Both the position numbers and the translations under genes were made by a program. Below the pieces are notes generated by a model. The model saw nothing but the letters and a program-made list of their open reading frames with translations. It searched no databases and was not told where the DNA came from. 41,950 bases of DNA from a bacterium (lineage in GTDB: Bacteria > UBA9089 > JAHJRX01), in contig JASEGW010000002.1 of the NCBI GenBank assembly GCA_030017825.1, positions 1 to 41,950 of the forward strand, written 5' to 3'. Positions 19,265-28,030 of this stretch are shown piece after piece. Every line of letters begins with the position of its first letter. Position 1 is the first letter of the stretch.

Positions 19265-20911
19265 ATGATAAAAAAATATTTTAATATTCTTTTAGGTCTA
19301 ATTATTGTAGTTGCATTTTTTTTACGGTTTTATAAAATAACTTCAATTCCACCATCTCTAAATTGGGATGAGACTTCTATTGCATATAACGCGTATTCAA
19401 TTTTAAAAACAGGTAAAGATGAATGGGGACAGATAATGCCACTTCATTTTAAATCTTTCGGTGAATATAAACTTCCGGCACAAATTTATGCTTCGATTCC
19501 GGGAATTTTCTTTTTTGGTTTAAATGAACTTGGAGTTAGAATTACGCCGGTTATTTATGGGACTTTAACGGTATTGCTTTTGTATTTTTTGGTTGAAGAA
19601 TTTTTCAGGAAAAAACCCATTTCACTTATTTCCTCCTTATTACTAGCAATTTCACCGTGGCATATTCAACTAACCCGCGCTTCTTTTGAATCTTCTTTTT
19701 CTCTGTTTTGGGTTATTATGGGGATACTGTTTTTAGTAAAAGGTTTAAAAAACAAAAAATGGCTGGTACCATCCATATTACCTTTTGTGGTATCAATTTA
19801 TACATATAATAGCGCTAGGGTTTTTACTCCACTTTTTCTTTTTGTAATTGTAATAATATTTAGAAAATATTATTGGAAAATCAAAAAGACGTTTTTATTA
19901 GTCAGTATATTATTTATTGTTTTATTAATTCCACTTGTGCCATTTGTATTCTCTGGAGAAGCCGGTGCAAGATATAAATTAGTTAGCATTACAGATGATG
20001 CAGGTCTAATTCCAAGGATTGAGGAAAGAAGAAATAATTCAAAACTACCAATATTTTTAAATAAATTAATAAACAATAAATATTCGTATAATTCGTATTA
20101 TTTTTCTAAAAATTACCTAGCTCATTTTACTCCAGACTTTTTGTTTATTAGCGGTGCGGGTCATAAGCAACATCATGTTCAAGGCGTTGGGGAACTATAT
20201 TGGTTCCAAGCTCCATTTTTGTTGTTTGGTATTTATCTTTTGGTCAAAAAAAAGGACGAAAGTTTAAAAATAATTCTCCCTTGGTTACTTTTAACTTTTA
20301 TTCCTGTTTCGATGACAAATGATAGTATTCCAAATGCATTAAGAACATTAATTGCTGTTCCTCTTTATCAAGTTTTTACTGCAGTAGGAATTTATTATTT
20401 TTATAAATTAAGTAAAAACAAAAAAGTGGTTAATGTAATTTTATTTGTATCATTAATATTTTTTGTTATTAATTTTTCTATCTACTTAAAAAATTACTTT
20501 TACTTATATCCAATTAATTACTCACGTGATTGGCAATATGGTAATAAGCAGGTGGTTGAGTACATAAAAAATCATCAAGATGAATATGATTTAATCACTT
20601 TTACAAGGGTATATGGGGAACCACATATATTTACACTTTTTAATCTTAAATATGATCCAGTAAAATTTCAGAACAGCCCAAATTTAGATAGATTTGAAAC
20701 ATATGATTGGGTGAGGGTGCTAAAGTTTGATAAATATTATTTTCCAGATCTTGGAGATTTTGGAACAAAATATCAAGATATTATTAACACGAACCCGGGG
20801 AAGAAAATACTTTTTATTGGAAAACTCGGAGACTTTCCAGGTAGTACTGAAATTTTAGAAAAAGTAAATTTCTTAAATGATGAAGAAGCTTTTGAAATTA
20901 CAAAGAACTAA
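19265..20911 (+). CDS. ArnT/PMT-like GT-C glycosyltransferase, copy 3 of 4
   Basis: PPSLNWDETSIAYNAYSILKTGKDEWGQIMPLHFKSFGEYKLP, SPWHIQLTRASFES, C-terminal EPHIFTLFNLKYDP. Confidence 0.7.
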   Translation: MIKKYFNILLGLIIVVAFFLRFYKITSIPPSLNWDETSIAYNAYSILKTGKDEWGQIMPLHFKSFGEYKLPAQIYASIPGIFFFGLNELGVRITPVIYGTLTVLLLYFLVEEFFRKKPISLISSLLLAISPWHIQLTRASFESSFSLFWVIMGILFLVKGLKNKKWLVPSILPFVVSIYTYNSARVFTPLFLFVIVIIFRKYYWKIKKTFLLVSILFIVLLIPLVPFVFSGEAGARYKLVSITDDAGLIPRIEERRNNSKLPIFLNKLINNKYSYNSYYFSKNYLAHFTPDFLFISGAGHKQHHVQGVGELYWFQAPFLLFGIYLLVKKKDESLKIILPWLLLTFIPVSMTNDSIPNALRTLIAVPLYQVFTAVGIYYFYKLSKNKKVVNVILFVSLIFFVINFSIYLKNYFYLYPINYSRDWQYGNKQVVEYIKNHQDEYDLITFTRVYGEPHIFTLFNLKYDPVKFQNSPNLDRFETYDWVRVLKFDKYYFPDLGDFGTKYQDIINTNPGKKILFIGKLGDFPGSTEILEKVNFLNDEEAFEITKN

Positions 20912-22362
20912 TGAAAAATGTAATAAAGTTAATTAAAAGTAATTTTATTCTTATTTTAATTTTATCTTTATTTCTATCAACCCGTTTGTTTAGAATAAGC
21001 CAAATACCATCTTCTGTGTATTGGGACGAGGCCTCAATTGGTTATAATGCCTATTCTGTTTTAAAAACCGGTAAGGATGAGTGGGGAGAGACACTACCTC
21101 TTCACTTTAGGGCTTTTGGTGAATTTAAATTGCCGACATATATTTACTCGGTAGTTATTTTTGAAAGTATATATGGTCTAACACCTTATGCGGTGCGTTT
21201 ACCTGCAGTAATTTATGGTTTTTTAACTGTCTTGGGATTATATTTTCTAATTTTTTATATAAGTAAAAATAAAAAGATCTCACTACTAAGTTCTTTTTTG
21301 TTTACAATTACTCCATGGTTTTTTATTTTTTCAAGAACAGGCTATGAAGCAACTGCGGGACTGGCATTTTTTATCTACGCATTATATTTTTTACTACGAT
21401 CAAATGAAAAAAGATTAAATATTCTAATTTCAATTGTGTTATTCATGCTTTCAGCATATAGCTACAATAGTTTTCGAATATTAACACCATTAATATTAGG
21501 ACCATTTTTGTTAATTTATGGAATCAAAGCTTTTAAGAAAAAACAAAAAGGGGATCTGATAAGTTTATTTTTATCCTTGTTAATACTATTTGTGAGTATT
21601 ATCCCAATATATAAATTATATTCAAAGGACTCAGGTCTTTCAAGATTGCAGACTGTGGGAACCAATAGAAACCTGGTAAGTAATTATTTCAAAAATTTTT
21701 CATATAATTTCTTATTTGTTAATGGTGACACAAATCCAAGGAATCAGATACCTGGTAGTTCACAGCTTTATTATTTAGATGCAGTATTTATACTTTTGGG
21801 AATTATTTATATCTTAAAGAAAAAAGATATAAACAATCTTTATATCTTAGCTTTATTAATATTGGCTCCAATCCCAGCCGCAATTACGAGAGAAAACCCA
21901 CATGCTTTAAGGGCAATACTGGTAAGTCCAGTATTGGTTACAATATCTGCCATGGGAATTTATTACCTGTCAGAACTTGTTAAAAAGCGAAAAAATTTAA
22001 TATTAATAGTAGTATTGGCACTATATGTACTATCTTTCGAAAGGTATATCTATAAATTTGGTAATGAATACAACAATTTATCTTTTGATGCGTGGCAATA
22101 TCAATATAAAGAATTAATAGAGAAAAACTCCGACAATTTTTCTAAATATGAGAAAGTTTATATAACTGATAAGTATGCGCAACCTTATATATTTTTCTTG
22201 TTTTATCAAAAAGTAGATCCAAATTTATTTATCAACACAAAAACTTTAAATGATGTTTCTGATTGGGGATTTTCTACAGTTAAATCCTTTGATAAATTTA
22301 ATTTTATTAAAGATTGTGGTGTAAACTCAAATGAGAAGAGTTTGGTAATATGTCCTAAATAA
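20911..22362 (+). CDS. ArnT/PMT-like GT-C glycosyltransferase, copy 4 of 4
   Basis: PSSVYWDEASIGYNAYSVLKTGKDEWGETLPLHFRAFGEFKLP, C-terminal QPYIFFLFYQKVDP. TAATG junction with copy 3. Confidence 0.7.
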   Translation: MKNVIKLIKSNFILILILSLFLSTRLFRISQIPSSVYWDEASIGYNAYSVLKTGKDEWGETLPLHFRAFGEFKLPTYIYSVVIFESIYGLTPYAVRLPAVIYGFLTVLGLYFLIFYISKNKKISLLSSFLFTITPWFFIFSRTGYEATAGLAFFIYALYFLLRSNEKRLNILISIVLFMLSAYSYNSFRILTPLILGPFLLIYGIKAFKKKQKGDLISLFLSLLILFVSIIPIYKLYSKDSGLSRLQTVGTNRNLVSNYFKNFSYNFLFVNGDTNPRNQIPGSSQLYYLDAVFILLGIIYILKKKDINNLYILALLILAPIPAAITRENPHALRAILVSPVLVTISAMGIYYLSELVKKRKNLILIVVLALYVLSFERYIYKFGNEYNNLSFDAWQYQYKELIEKNSDNFSKYEKVYITDKYAQPYIFFLFYQKVDPNLFINTKTLNDVSDWGFSTVKSFDKFNFIKDCGVNSNEKSLVICPK

Positions 22363-22364
22363 TT

Positions 22365-23204
22365 ATGAATAAATTATCGGTAGTTCTAGCTACAAGAAAT
22401 GAAGAAGAAAACATTAAAAGGTGTTTAGATTCTGTAAAAGAAATTGCCGATGAAATAATAGTTGTAGATGAGTACTCGAAAGATAAAACTAAAGAAATTG
22501 CTGAAAAATTAGGTGCGAAAGTATACTTGGAAAAACATCATGATATTTTTCATATCACAAAACAAATTGCTTTAGAAAAGGCAACTGGTAGTTGGATTTT
22601 ACAGATAGATGCTGATGAAGTATTAACACCAGAATTAACTAAAGAGATTAAAGACACCTTGTCAGGTAAGATAAAACCAAGTGAACCTTCTAAACTATTT
22701 TTAAAACATCAGGCTATTTTAGAAGCAAGAGATGGAAAAGTGGGAAAAGATGGTGGGGAAGTAGTGGGATACTTTATTCCCAGAAGAAATATGTTTTTAG
22801 GTAAACCCTTAATTCACGCTGGAGTATATCCCGATGGGGTAATAAGACTTGTGAAGAAAGGATTTGCCAGTTTCCCTCAAAAATCAGTCCACGAACAGAT
22901 TAAAATTGAGGGAAGAGTGGGGTGGTTAAAAAATGATCTTTTACATTTTGACTCCCCTACTTTAAAAAAATATTTTTGGCGTCTAAATCGTTATACAGAT
23001 TTACATGCAGAGGAATTGAAAAACAAAAAAATATCTAAAGGTATAGTTGGATTTATAAATTATGTAATAATAAAGCCTATTTTTACATTTTGTAATTTAT
23101 ATTTTAGACACTTAGGAATACTTGATGGGGTAAATGGATTTTTTTGGAGTTTTCTCTCTTCACTTCATTTTCCTATTGCCTACTTTAAGCACTCGACCTC
23201 TTGA
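22365..23204 (+). CDS. GT2 family glycosyltransferase (same subfamily as 1689..2612)
   Basis: LSVVLATRNEEENI, IIVVDEYSKDKT, DADEVL, IPRRNMFLGKPLIHAGVYPDGVIRL. Confidence 0.8.
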   Translation: MNKLSVVLATRNEEENIKRCLDSVKEIADEIIVVDEYSKDKTKEIAEKLGAKVYLEKHHDIFHITKQIALEKATGSWILQIDADEVLTPELTKEIKDTLSGKIKPSEPSKLFLKHQAILEARDGKVGKDGGEVVGYFIPRRNMFLGKPLIHAGVYPDGVIRLVKKGFASFPQKSVHEQIKIEGRVGWLKNDLLHFDSPTLKKYFWRLNRYTDLHAEELKNKKISKGIVGFINYVIIKPIFTFCNLYFRHLGILDGVNGFFWSFLSSLHFPIAYFKHSTS

Positions 23205-23228
23205 CATCTGTTATAGTTATGTTATAAT
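23201..23228 (+). promoter_or_regulatory. Sigma70-type promoter: TTGACA, 16-nt spacer, then TGtTATAAT
   Basis: TTGACA at 23201-23206 (overlaps the stop of the GT2 gene). TG at 23220-23221. TATAAT at 23223-23228. The ATG at 23238 is 9 nt downstream, with no SD. Confidence 0.5.
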
Positions 23229-23237
23229 TATGACATC

Positions 23238-23468
23238 ATGTCGCCACAACTTATAACAATGGAAGATTTTGCGAGTGTTCAAGAGGCTCAAGCTGGAATT
23301 ACAAAACTTTTTACAAAGGCCAAGAATAAAGGTAAATTTGTAAGAGTTATGAGAAACCAAGAGCCACTTGGTGTTTTAATTCCAAATAACATATGGGAAT
23401 CATTAATTGAAGATATGGAAGCCTTATCAAGTTCCAAAAGTAATTTAATTTTAATGATGGTATTATAA
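23238..23468 (+). CDS. Phd/YefM-like antitoxin-type protein
   Basis: ITMEDFASVQEAQAGITKLF...GKFVRVMRNQEPLGVLIPNNIWESLIEDMEAL matches the Phd/YefM pattern (N-terminal beta, then 'rnnkPvaVli..eeyesl.e'). 76 aa. Confidence 0.5.
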   Translation: MSPQLITMEDFASVQEAQAGITKLFTKAKNKGKFVRVMRNQEPLGVLIPNNIWESLIEDMEALSSSKSNLILMMVL

Positions 23469-23473
23469 AACGA

Positions 23474-23482
23474 TGTTATAAT
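23474..23482 (+). promoter_or_regulatory. Extended -10 TGtTATAAT, 6 nt upstream of the ATG at 23489
   Basis: The 11-nt block ATGTTATAATT is identical to the one at 23219-23229. Confidence 0.35.
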
Positions 23483-23488
23483 TCAATC

Positions 23489-23809
23489 ATGACAGCAATA
23501 GATGAAGCAAAATTAGTGGTATCTAAAATTGTAATGTACTGTAAACCACAAAAAATAATTCTTTTTGGTTCAATCGCAAGAGGAGCTGAAAATTTTGAAT
23601 CTGATATTGATTTATTGATCATCAAGAAAACCAATAAAAGACGACCCTTTAGGGTTAAGGAAGTATTTGAAGCTATTCGAGGTATGGAAAGAAACTATCC
23701 ATTAGATCCAATTGTCTATACTCCAGATGAAATAGAAAAAAGATTAAAAATTGGTGACTATTTTGTTACTGAGACGATGACTCAAGGAAAGGTAATGTAT
23801 GCAAATTGA
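23489..23809 (+). CDS. Minimal nucleotidyltransferase (MNT, pol-beta superfamily), the antitoxin-type partner of HEPN
   Basis: G-S-x10-D-x-D motif LFGSIARGAENFESDIDLLII. 106 aa. Overlaps the downstream HEPN gene by 11 nt. Confidence 0.8.
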   Translation: MTAIDEAKLVVSKIVMYCKPQKIILFGSIARGAENFESDIDLLIIKKTNKRRPFRVKEVFEAIRGMERNYPLDPIVYTPDEIEKRLKIGDYFVTETMTQGKVMYAN

Positions 23810-24188
23810 CAGTAAGCAATTGGCTAAAGAATGGTTTGAGTCTGCATTAAGTGATTATGATTATGCACAGGTGGGTTTAAAAGAAAAAGAGACTTATCCA
23901 CAGATTGCATTTTTATCTCAACAAATTGCAGAAAAATATATAAAAGGATTTTTGATTTTAAACGGAATAAATATCCAAAAGATTCATGAACTACCAAAAT
24001 TATTAGATGAATGCGTTAAATTTAATAAAGAGTTGGAAAAATTGAGAGATGCTTGTGAGTTATTGACAGGTTTTTATACAGAAGTACGTTACCCTCCAGA
24101 TATTCCAGATTATACTAAAAATGAAATTCTAGAAGCATTTAATAATGCTAAGTTTGTAAAAGAAACCATCGAATCTTTAATCTCATGA
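23799..24188 (+). CDS. HEPN domain protein (PF05168-like)
   Basis: WFESALSDYDYAQ, FLSQQIAEKYIKGFL, IHELPKLL, YTEVRYPPD. The position directly after an MNT gene is typical. Confidence 0.75.
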   Translation: MQIDSKQLAKEWFESALSDYDYAQVGLKEKETYPQIAFLSQQIAEKYIKGFLILNGINIQKIHELPKLLDECVKFNKELEKLRDACELLTGFYTEVRYPPDIPDYTKNEILEAFNNAKFVKETIESLIS

Positions 24189-24895
24189 ACTTAAAGAACA
24201 AAATTGCAGTAGTTACAGGGGCAAGTGATGGGATAGGGAAAGAAGTTTGTTTAAAACTTGCAAAAGAAGGTGTTTCTTTAGCACTAATAGCAAGAGATGA
24301 GGAAAGATTAGACGAAGTTAAGAATAAATGTATTGAATTAGATTCTCCAAAAGTAGAAAGTTATGTTTGTGACGTGTCTGATAACCAAAAAGTAAATGAA
24401 ACAGTTAATAAAATACTAGTTGATTTTAACAACGTTGATATTTTATTAAACATTGCAGGTATCTGGCAAGAATTAAATTTACTGGAAAATATTCCAGATG
24501 AAGTAATCGATAGTGTAATAGATATTGATTTAAAAGGAATGATTTATATGACAAAACCTTTATTAAAGTACTTTAAAGAGGAAGATAAAGAAGCAATAAT
24601 ATTAAATGTATCTTCTAGGTCTGGGGTAACGGCACAGGAGGGACAAAATATATATACGGCTGCTAAATGGGGGGTAACAGGCTTTTCAGAAAGTTTAAAG
24701 GTTGATCTTAAAGATTCAAAGATAAAAGTAGCTACGATTTTTCAAGGTGGAACTAATACGGAAATGTTTAATAAGACGGGGGAACATTTTGATCAGGATA
24801 AATTTATAAAACCTGGTGATTTAGCAGACATAATTGTCTTTATGCTTTCCCGACCCCCTCAAATTTGGCTACACGATGCGAGAGTTGAGAGTTAG
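24185..24895 (+). CDS. Classical short-chain dehydrogenase/reductase (SDR)
   Basis: VVTGASDGIGKE (TGxxxGxG), NIAG, SSRSG, YTAAKWG (YxxxK). ATGA junction with the HEPN gene. Confidence 0.85.
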   Translation: MNLKNKIAVVTGASDGIGKEVCLKLAKEGVSLALIARDEERLDEVKNKCIELDSPKVESYVCDVSDNQKVNETVNKILVDFNNVDILLNIAGIWQELNLLENIPDEVIDSVIDIDLKGMIYMTKPLLKYFKEEDKEAIILNVSSRSGVTAQEGQNIYTAAKWGVTGFSESLKVDLKDSKIKVATIFQGGTNTEMFNKTGEHFDQDKFIKPGDLADIIVFMLSRPPQIWLHDARVES

Positions 24896-25533
24896 TTAAA
24901 TAATTTTGAAGTAAATTTAGTAGCTTCTGAAAATAATAATTCCTTAATTGTTTCTGGCTCGATCTTATCTTTAAGAAATTCAATATCATAATCTTCAATA
25001 TCGGTCCAATAAGTTAATTGTTCGAGGAAAAGTTTTTCGGAAAAACCCTGTTCAAATTTTTGTTTCGATAGTGACATTATTTCATCTAAAGTGAGATATC
25101 TATCCTTTATTATAAAATAGATATCGACATAATCTCGCCATTTAGGTCTTCTACCGATAATAAATGCCTTATTGGTTACGATATCTTTTATATCCATTAA
25201 ATCAATAGAATCTGTTTTTATTGATTTAAACAAAGATTTATAATCGTCTCGAAAAAAAGTCACATACACGGATGTAGAGGTAGTAATATTTAATTGATCT
25301 TCTGTATCTAAGTATCTTGAACAATTTTTACCGAGAGTATTTCTAACTTTTGTCCATAAATGACGGTCCAATTTATTAAAAGTAAATATATCAAAATCAC
25401 ATGAGACACGATGTCCTATTTGAAGAGCTAATGCCGTTCCACCACCTAAAACTCCGATGTTTTTGAAGTCTTTTAGTTTATAAAAAACTTCTAATTTGTT
25501 TTTATCTAATGATTCTAGGAAAAGTTTTGACAT
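24892..25533 (-). CDS. AbiEii/AbiGii-like nucleotidyltransferase (DUF1814-type toxin family), short form
   Basis: VLGGGTALALQIGHRVSCDFDIF matches the family signature GGTAL..R.S.D.D. 213 aa. Confidence 0.65.
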   Translation of the reverse strand: MSKLFLESLDKNKLEVFYKLKDFKNIGVLGGGTALALQIGHRVSCDFDIFTFNKLDRHLWTKVRNTLGKNCSRYLDTEDQLNITTSTSVYVTFFRDDYKSLFKSIKTDSIDLMDIKDIVTNKAFIIGRRPKWRDYVDIYFIIKDRYLTLDEIMSLSKQKFEQGFSEKLFLEQLTYWTDIEDYDIEFLKDKIEPETIKELLFSEATKFTSKLFN

Positions 25534-25807
25534 AATATCTTTTATCTACAACATTATCTGGTATTTTTAATAATACTTTTTGTACAAAATTAAAAGATCT
25601 TTCAGAATAGTCTTTTGCAGGATGTTTTATAAATGTATTTTTGATTTGATCTTGGCTGTAGTTTTTAAATACCCATTTCAAATGTTCCCAACCCCCATAA
25701 GCAAAAATTTGATGAATTATATAACTCTTATCTTTTTTGGGATCTATTTTGTTAATGTCTTTACTCCATAGAATACCTTTTAAATTCGTGGGTAGTTTAA
25801 TTGACAT
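25502..25807 (-). CDS. Small hypothetical protein in the antitoxin position upstream of the AbiEii-like gene
   Basis: I prefer the ATG at 25807 (MSIKLPTNLKGILW...). The TTG at 25861 would make the divergent GT4 gene overlap by 13 nt. Overlaps the downstream gene by 32 nt. I see no recognisable wHTH. Confidence 0.45.
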   Translation of the reverse strand: MSIKLPTNLKGILWSKDINKIDPKKDKSYIIHQIFAYGGWEHLKWVFKNYSQDQIKNTFIKHPAKDYSERSFNFVQKVLLKIPDNVVDKRYYVKTFPRIIR

Positions 25808-25848
25808 AACAGTTATATTATACAATATTTGAGGTATAATTACCTCAT

Positions 25849-26832
25849 ATGAAAATTGCAATTATAAGTGGAGATTTAAAGGATAAAGATGCAGTTAGGG
25901 GAATTGGCGTTCATACAAATGAACTAATTAAAGCATTAAAAAATGAAGCTAAAAATAAAAAGAACTTCATTTTAGATTTAAAAATGGTTAAATCTAAAGA
26001 TTATGATGTAATCCACTTTACTTCATTTAAACCGTTTGTTATCTCGCTTTCATTTATAAAACCCAGAGGTACTAGATTTGTTTTGACAATCCACGATTTG
26101 ATACCTTTAATTTACCCCAAAAATTATCCACCCGGGATAAAAGGCAGATTTAACTTTTTAATTAATAAATTATTAGTAAAAATGTATGTTGATGAGATAA
26201 TTACAATTTCTGAAACTTCCAAGAAAGATATTTGTAGGTTTTTAAGGGTTGATCCAAAAATAGTACATGTAATTTATTTAGCGCCCAAAGAAATCTATAG
26301 TAAAAAAACTGTTACAAAGAAATACAATTTACCAAAAAAATTTGCTTTGTATACTGGAGACATCAATTACAATAAAAATATCCCCAATTTAATTAGAGCT
26401 TGTGAAATTGCAAAAATACCACTTGTGATTGCAGGAAAACAAGCATTAGAAGTTGAAAAAATGGATTTAAGTCATCCAGAAACATCACACCTTAAGGGTG
26501 TGAGTTTTAAAAATGTTATAAGATTAGGATTTATTTTAGATGAAGAACTAAATGATTTATATAATCTAGCTACAGTTTATATCCAACCTTCTTTATATGA
26601 GGGTTTTGGTTTGCCTGCGCTTGAGGCAGTTGCAGTAAAAACTCCTTTAGTTGTAACAAAAACACAAGCTTTGGTAGAAATACTTGGGGATAATGTTAAT
26701 TATGTTAATCCAAATGATCCAAAAGATATTGCACGAGGAATATTAAAACCTAATATAAATATAAAATTACCAAGGGAATACACTTGGGAGAAAACTGCAA
26801 AGGAAACACTTGACGTTTATGAAAAAGCATGA
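25849..26832 (+). CDS. GT4 family glycosyltransferase
   Basis: EX7E motif YEGFGLPALEAVAVKTPLVV. A TATAAT at 25835-25840 lies 8 nt upstream of the ATG. Confidence 0.85.
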   Translation: MKIAIISGDLKDKDAVRGIGVHTNELIKALKNEAKNKKNFILDLKMVKSKDYDVIHFTSFKPFVISLSFIKPRGTRFVLTIHDLIPLIYPKNYPPGIKGRFNFLINKLLVKMYVDEIITISETSKKDICRFLRVDPKIVHVIYLAPKEIYSKKTVTKKYNLPKKFALYTGDINYNKNIPNLIRACEIAKIPLVIAGKQALEVEKMDLSHPETSHLKGVSFKNVIRLGFILDEELNDLYNLATVYIQPSLYEGFGLPALEAVAVKTPLVVTKTQALVEILGDNVNYVNPNDPKDIARGILKPNINIKLPREYTWEKTAKETLDVYEKA

Positions 26833-27958
26833 TATTTGGTTTGTATTAAAAAGCTTCGTTATTTGGAGAATTGCAATAACTTTAATAGCGGTTTTAGCTA
26901 TTAGATACTTGCCATTATTTAGTCAGAATTTTTTTGGTGGAAAATATGTTAATTATATAACAAACCCATTGTTTTGGGGTTGGGCTAATTTTGATGGGGA
27001 ACATTATCTATCAATTGCGATGTTTGGTTACAAAAATTTACAACAGTTCTATTTTCCTGTATACCCTTTTTTAATAAAAGTATTCACCTATTTTATAGGA
27101 ATAGGCTTATCATCATACCTTTGGATAGGTATTTTAATATCAAATACATCTTTATTTATAGCACTTTTGGGATTTTATAAACTAGCCTTATTTGATTATT
27201 CAGAAAAAATATCAAAACTAGCTGTTATTTTACTTTTATTATTTCCAACATCTTTTTATTTTGGAGCAGTTTATACAGAAAGTTTATTTTTATGTTTAAC
27301 GGTTTGGTCATTTTATTTTTTTAGAAAACAAAAATATTTTTGGGTTGCAATATTAGGAATGTTTGCGTCAGCTACACGTATTGTTGGAATTATTTTATTA
27401 CCAGTATTTTTATTTCATTTGATATTAAATAAAAAACCAATTAAAAAAGAACGATTATCTTTATTTTTAATGCCACTGGGTCTTTTCGGATTTATGTATT
27501 ACACGTATGTTAGTTGGGGAGGATTCTTAAAATTTTTTCAAACAGCTAGCATTTTTGGAGAGCAAAGGTCAAAAACTTTAATAATGTTACCTCAAGTTTT
27601 TTATAGATATTTTGTTAAAATATTACCTAATCTTTCTTGGGGCTATTTTCCAGTAGTTTTTACTACACTTTTAGAAATTTCAGTTGCAGTTCTGTTTTTA
27701 TACTTAATTGTTATAAGTTTTAAAAAAATACGATGGGACTATTGGCTATTTTCAGTACTTGGATATTTAATTCCAAGTTTATCAGGTAGTTTTTCATCTC
27801 TTCCTAGATATGTACTTGTTTTATTTCCACTATTTCTATTTGTTTCCCAAAAATTAATAAACACAAAAAAGCCTTTGCTTATTGGGATTTTTGTTATTTT
27901 AACCATAATTGCAGTTATTGCTCAATCATTTTTTATAAGAGGTTATTTTGTTAGTTAA
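26819..27958 (+). CDS. PIG-V-like mannosyltransferase family membrane protein (GT-C-like)
   Basis: WANFDGEHYLSIAMFGY...FYFPVYPFLIKVF matches the PIG-V family pattern WD..wY..IA..GY...FfPlyP. I prefer the ATG at 26819 over the TTG at 26810. Confidence 0.6.
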   Translation: MKKHDIWFVLKSFVIWRIAITLIAVLAIRYLPLFSQNFFGGKYVNYITNPLFWGWANFDGEHYLSIAMFGYKNLQQFYFPVYPFLIKVFTYFIGIGLSSYLWIGILISNTSLFIALLGFYKLALFDYSEKISKLAVILLLLFPTSFYFGAVYTESLFLCLTVWSFYFFRKQKYFWVAILGMFASATRIVGIILLPVFLFHLILNKKPIKKERLSLFLMPLGLFGFMYYTYVSWGGFLKFFQTASIFGEQRSKTLIMLPQVFYRYFVKILPNLSWGYFPVVFTTLLEISVAVLFLYLIVISFKKIRWDYWLFSVLGYLIPSLSGSFSSLPRYVLVLFPLFLFVSQKLINTKKPLLIGIFVILTIIAVIAQSFFIRGYFVS

Positions 27959-27978
27959 AGGTATATTACCATTATAAT

Positions 27979-28014
27979 ACCGCTATTTTGGTAGTTGACT
28001 ACCATAAAATCGGT
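27979..28014. repeat. 36-nt imperfect palindrome between the mannosyltransferase-like gene and the ATPase gene
   Basis: ACCGctATTTTGGTAG ttga CTACCAtAAAATCGGT. It contains the TTG start at 27995 that I reject. Confidence 0.6.
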
Positions 28015-28030
28015 GTTAATATATAACTAT

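Noticed and set aside
27995-28030. TTG-initiated N-terminal extensions in the ORF track (27995, 31080, 25861, 26810)
   Set aside because: In-frame ATGs at 28031, 31095, 25807 and 26819 give N-termini typical of the families. They also remove an implausible 13-nt 5' overlap of divergent genes and a start inside a palindrome.
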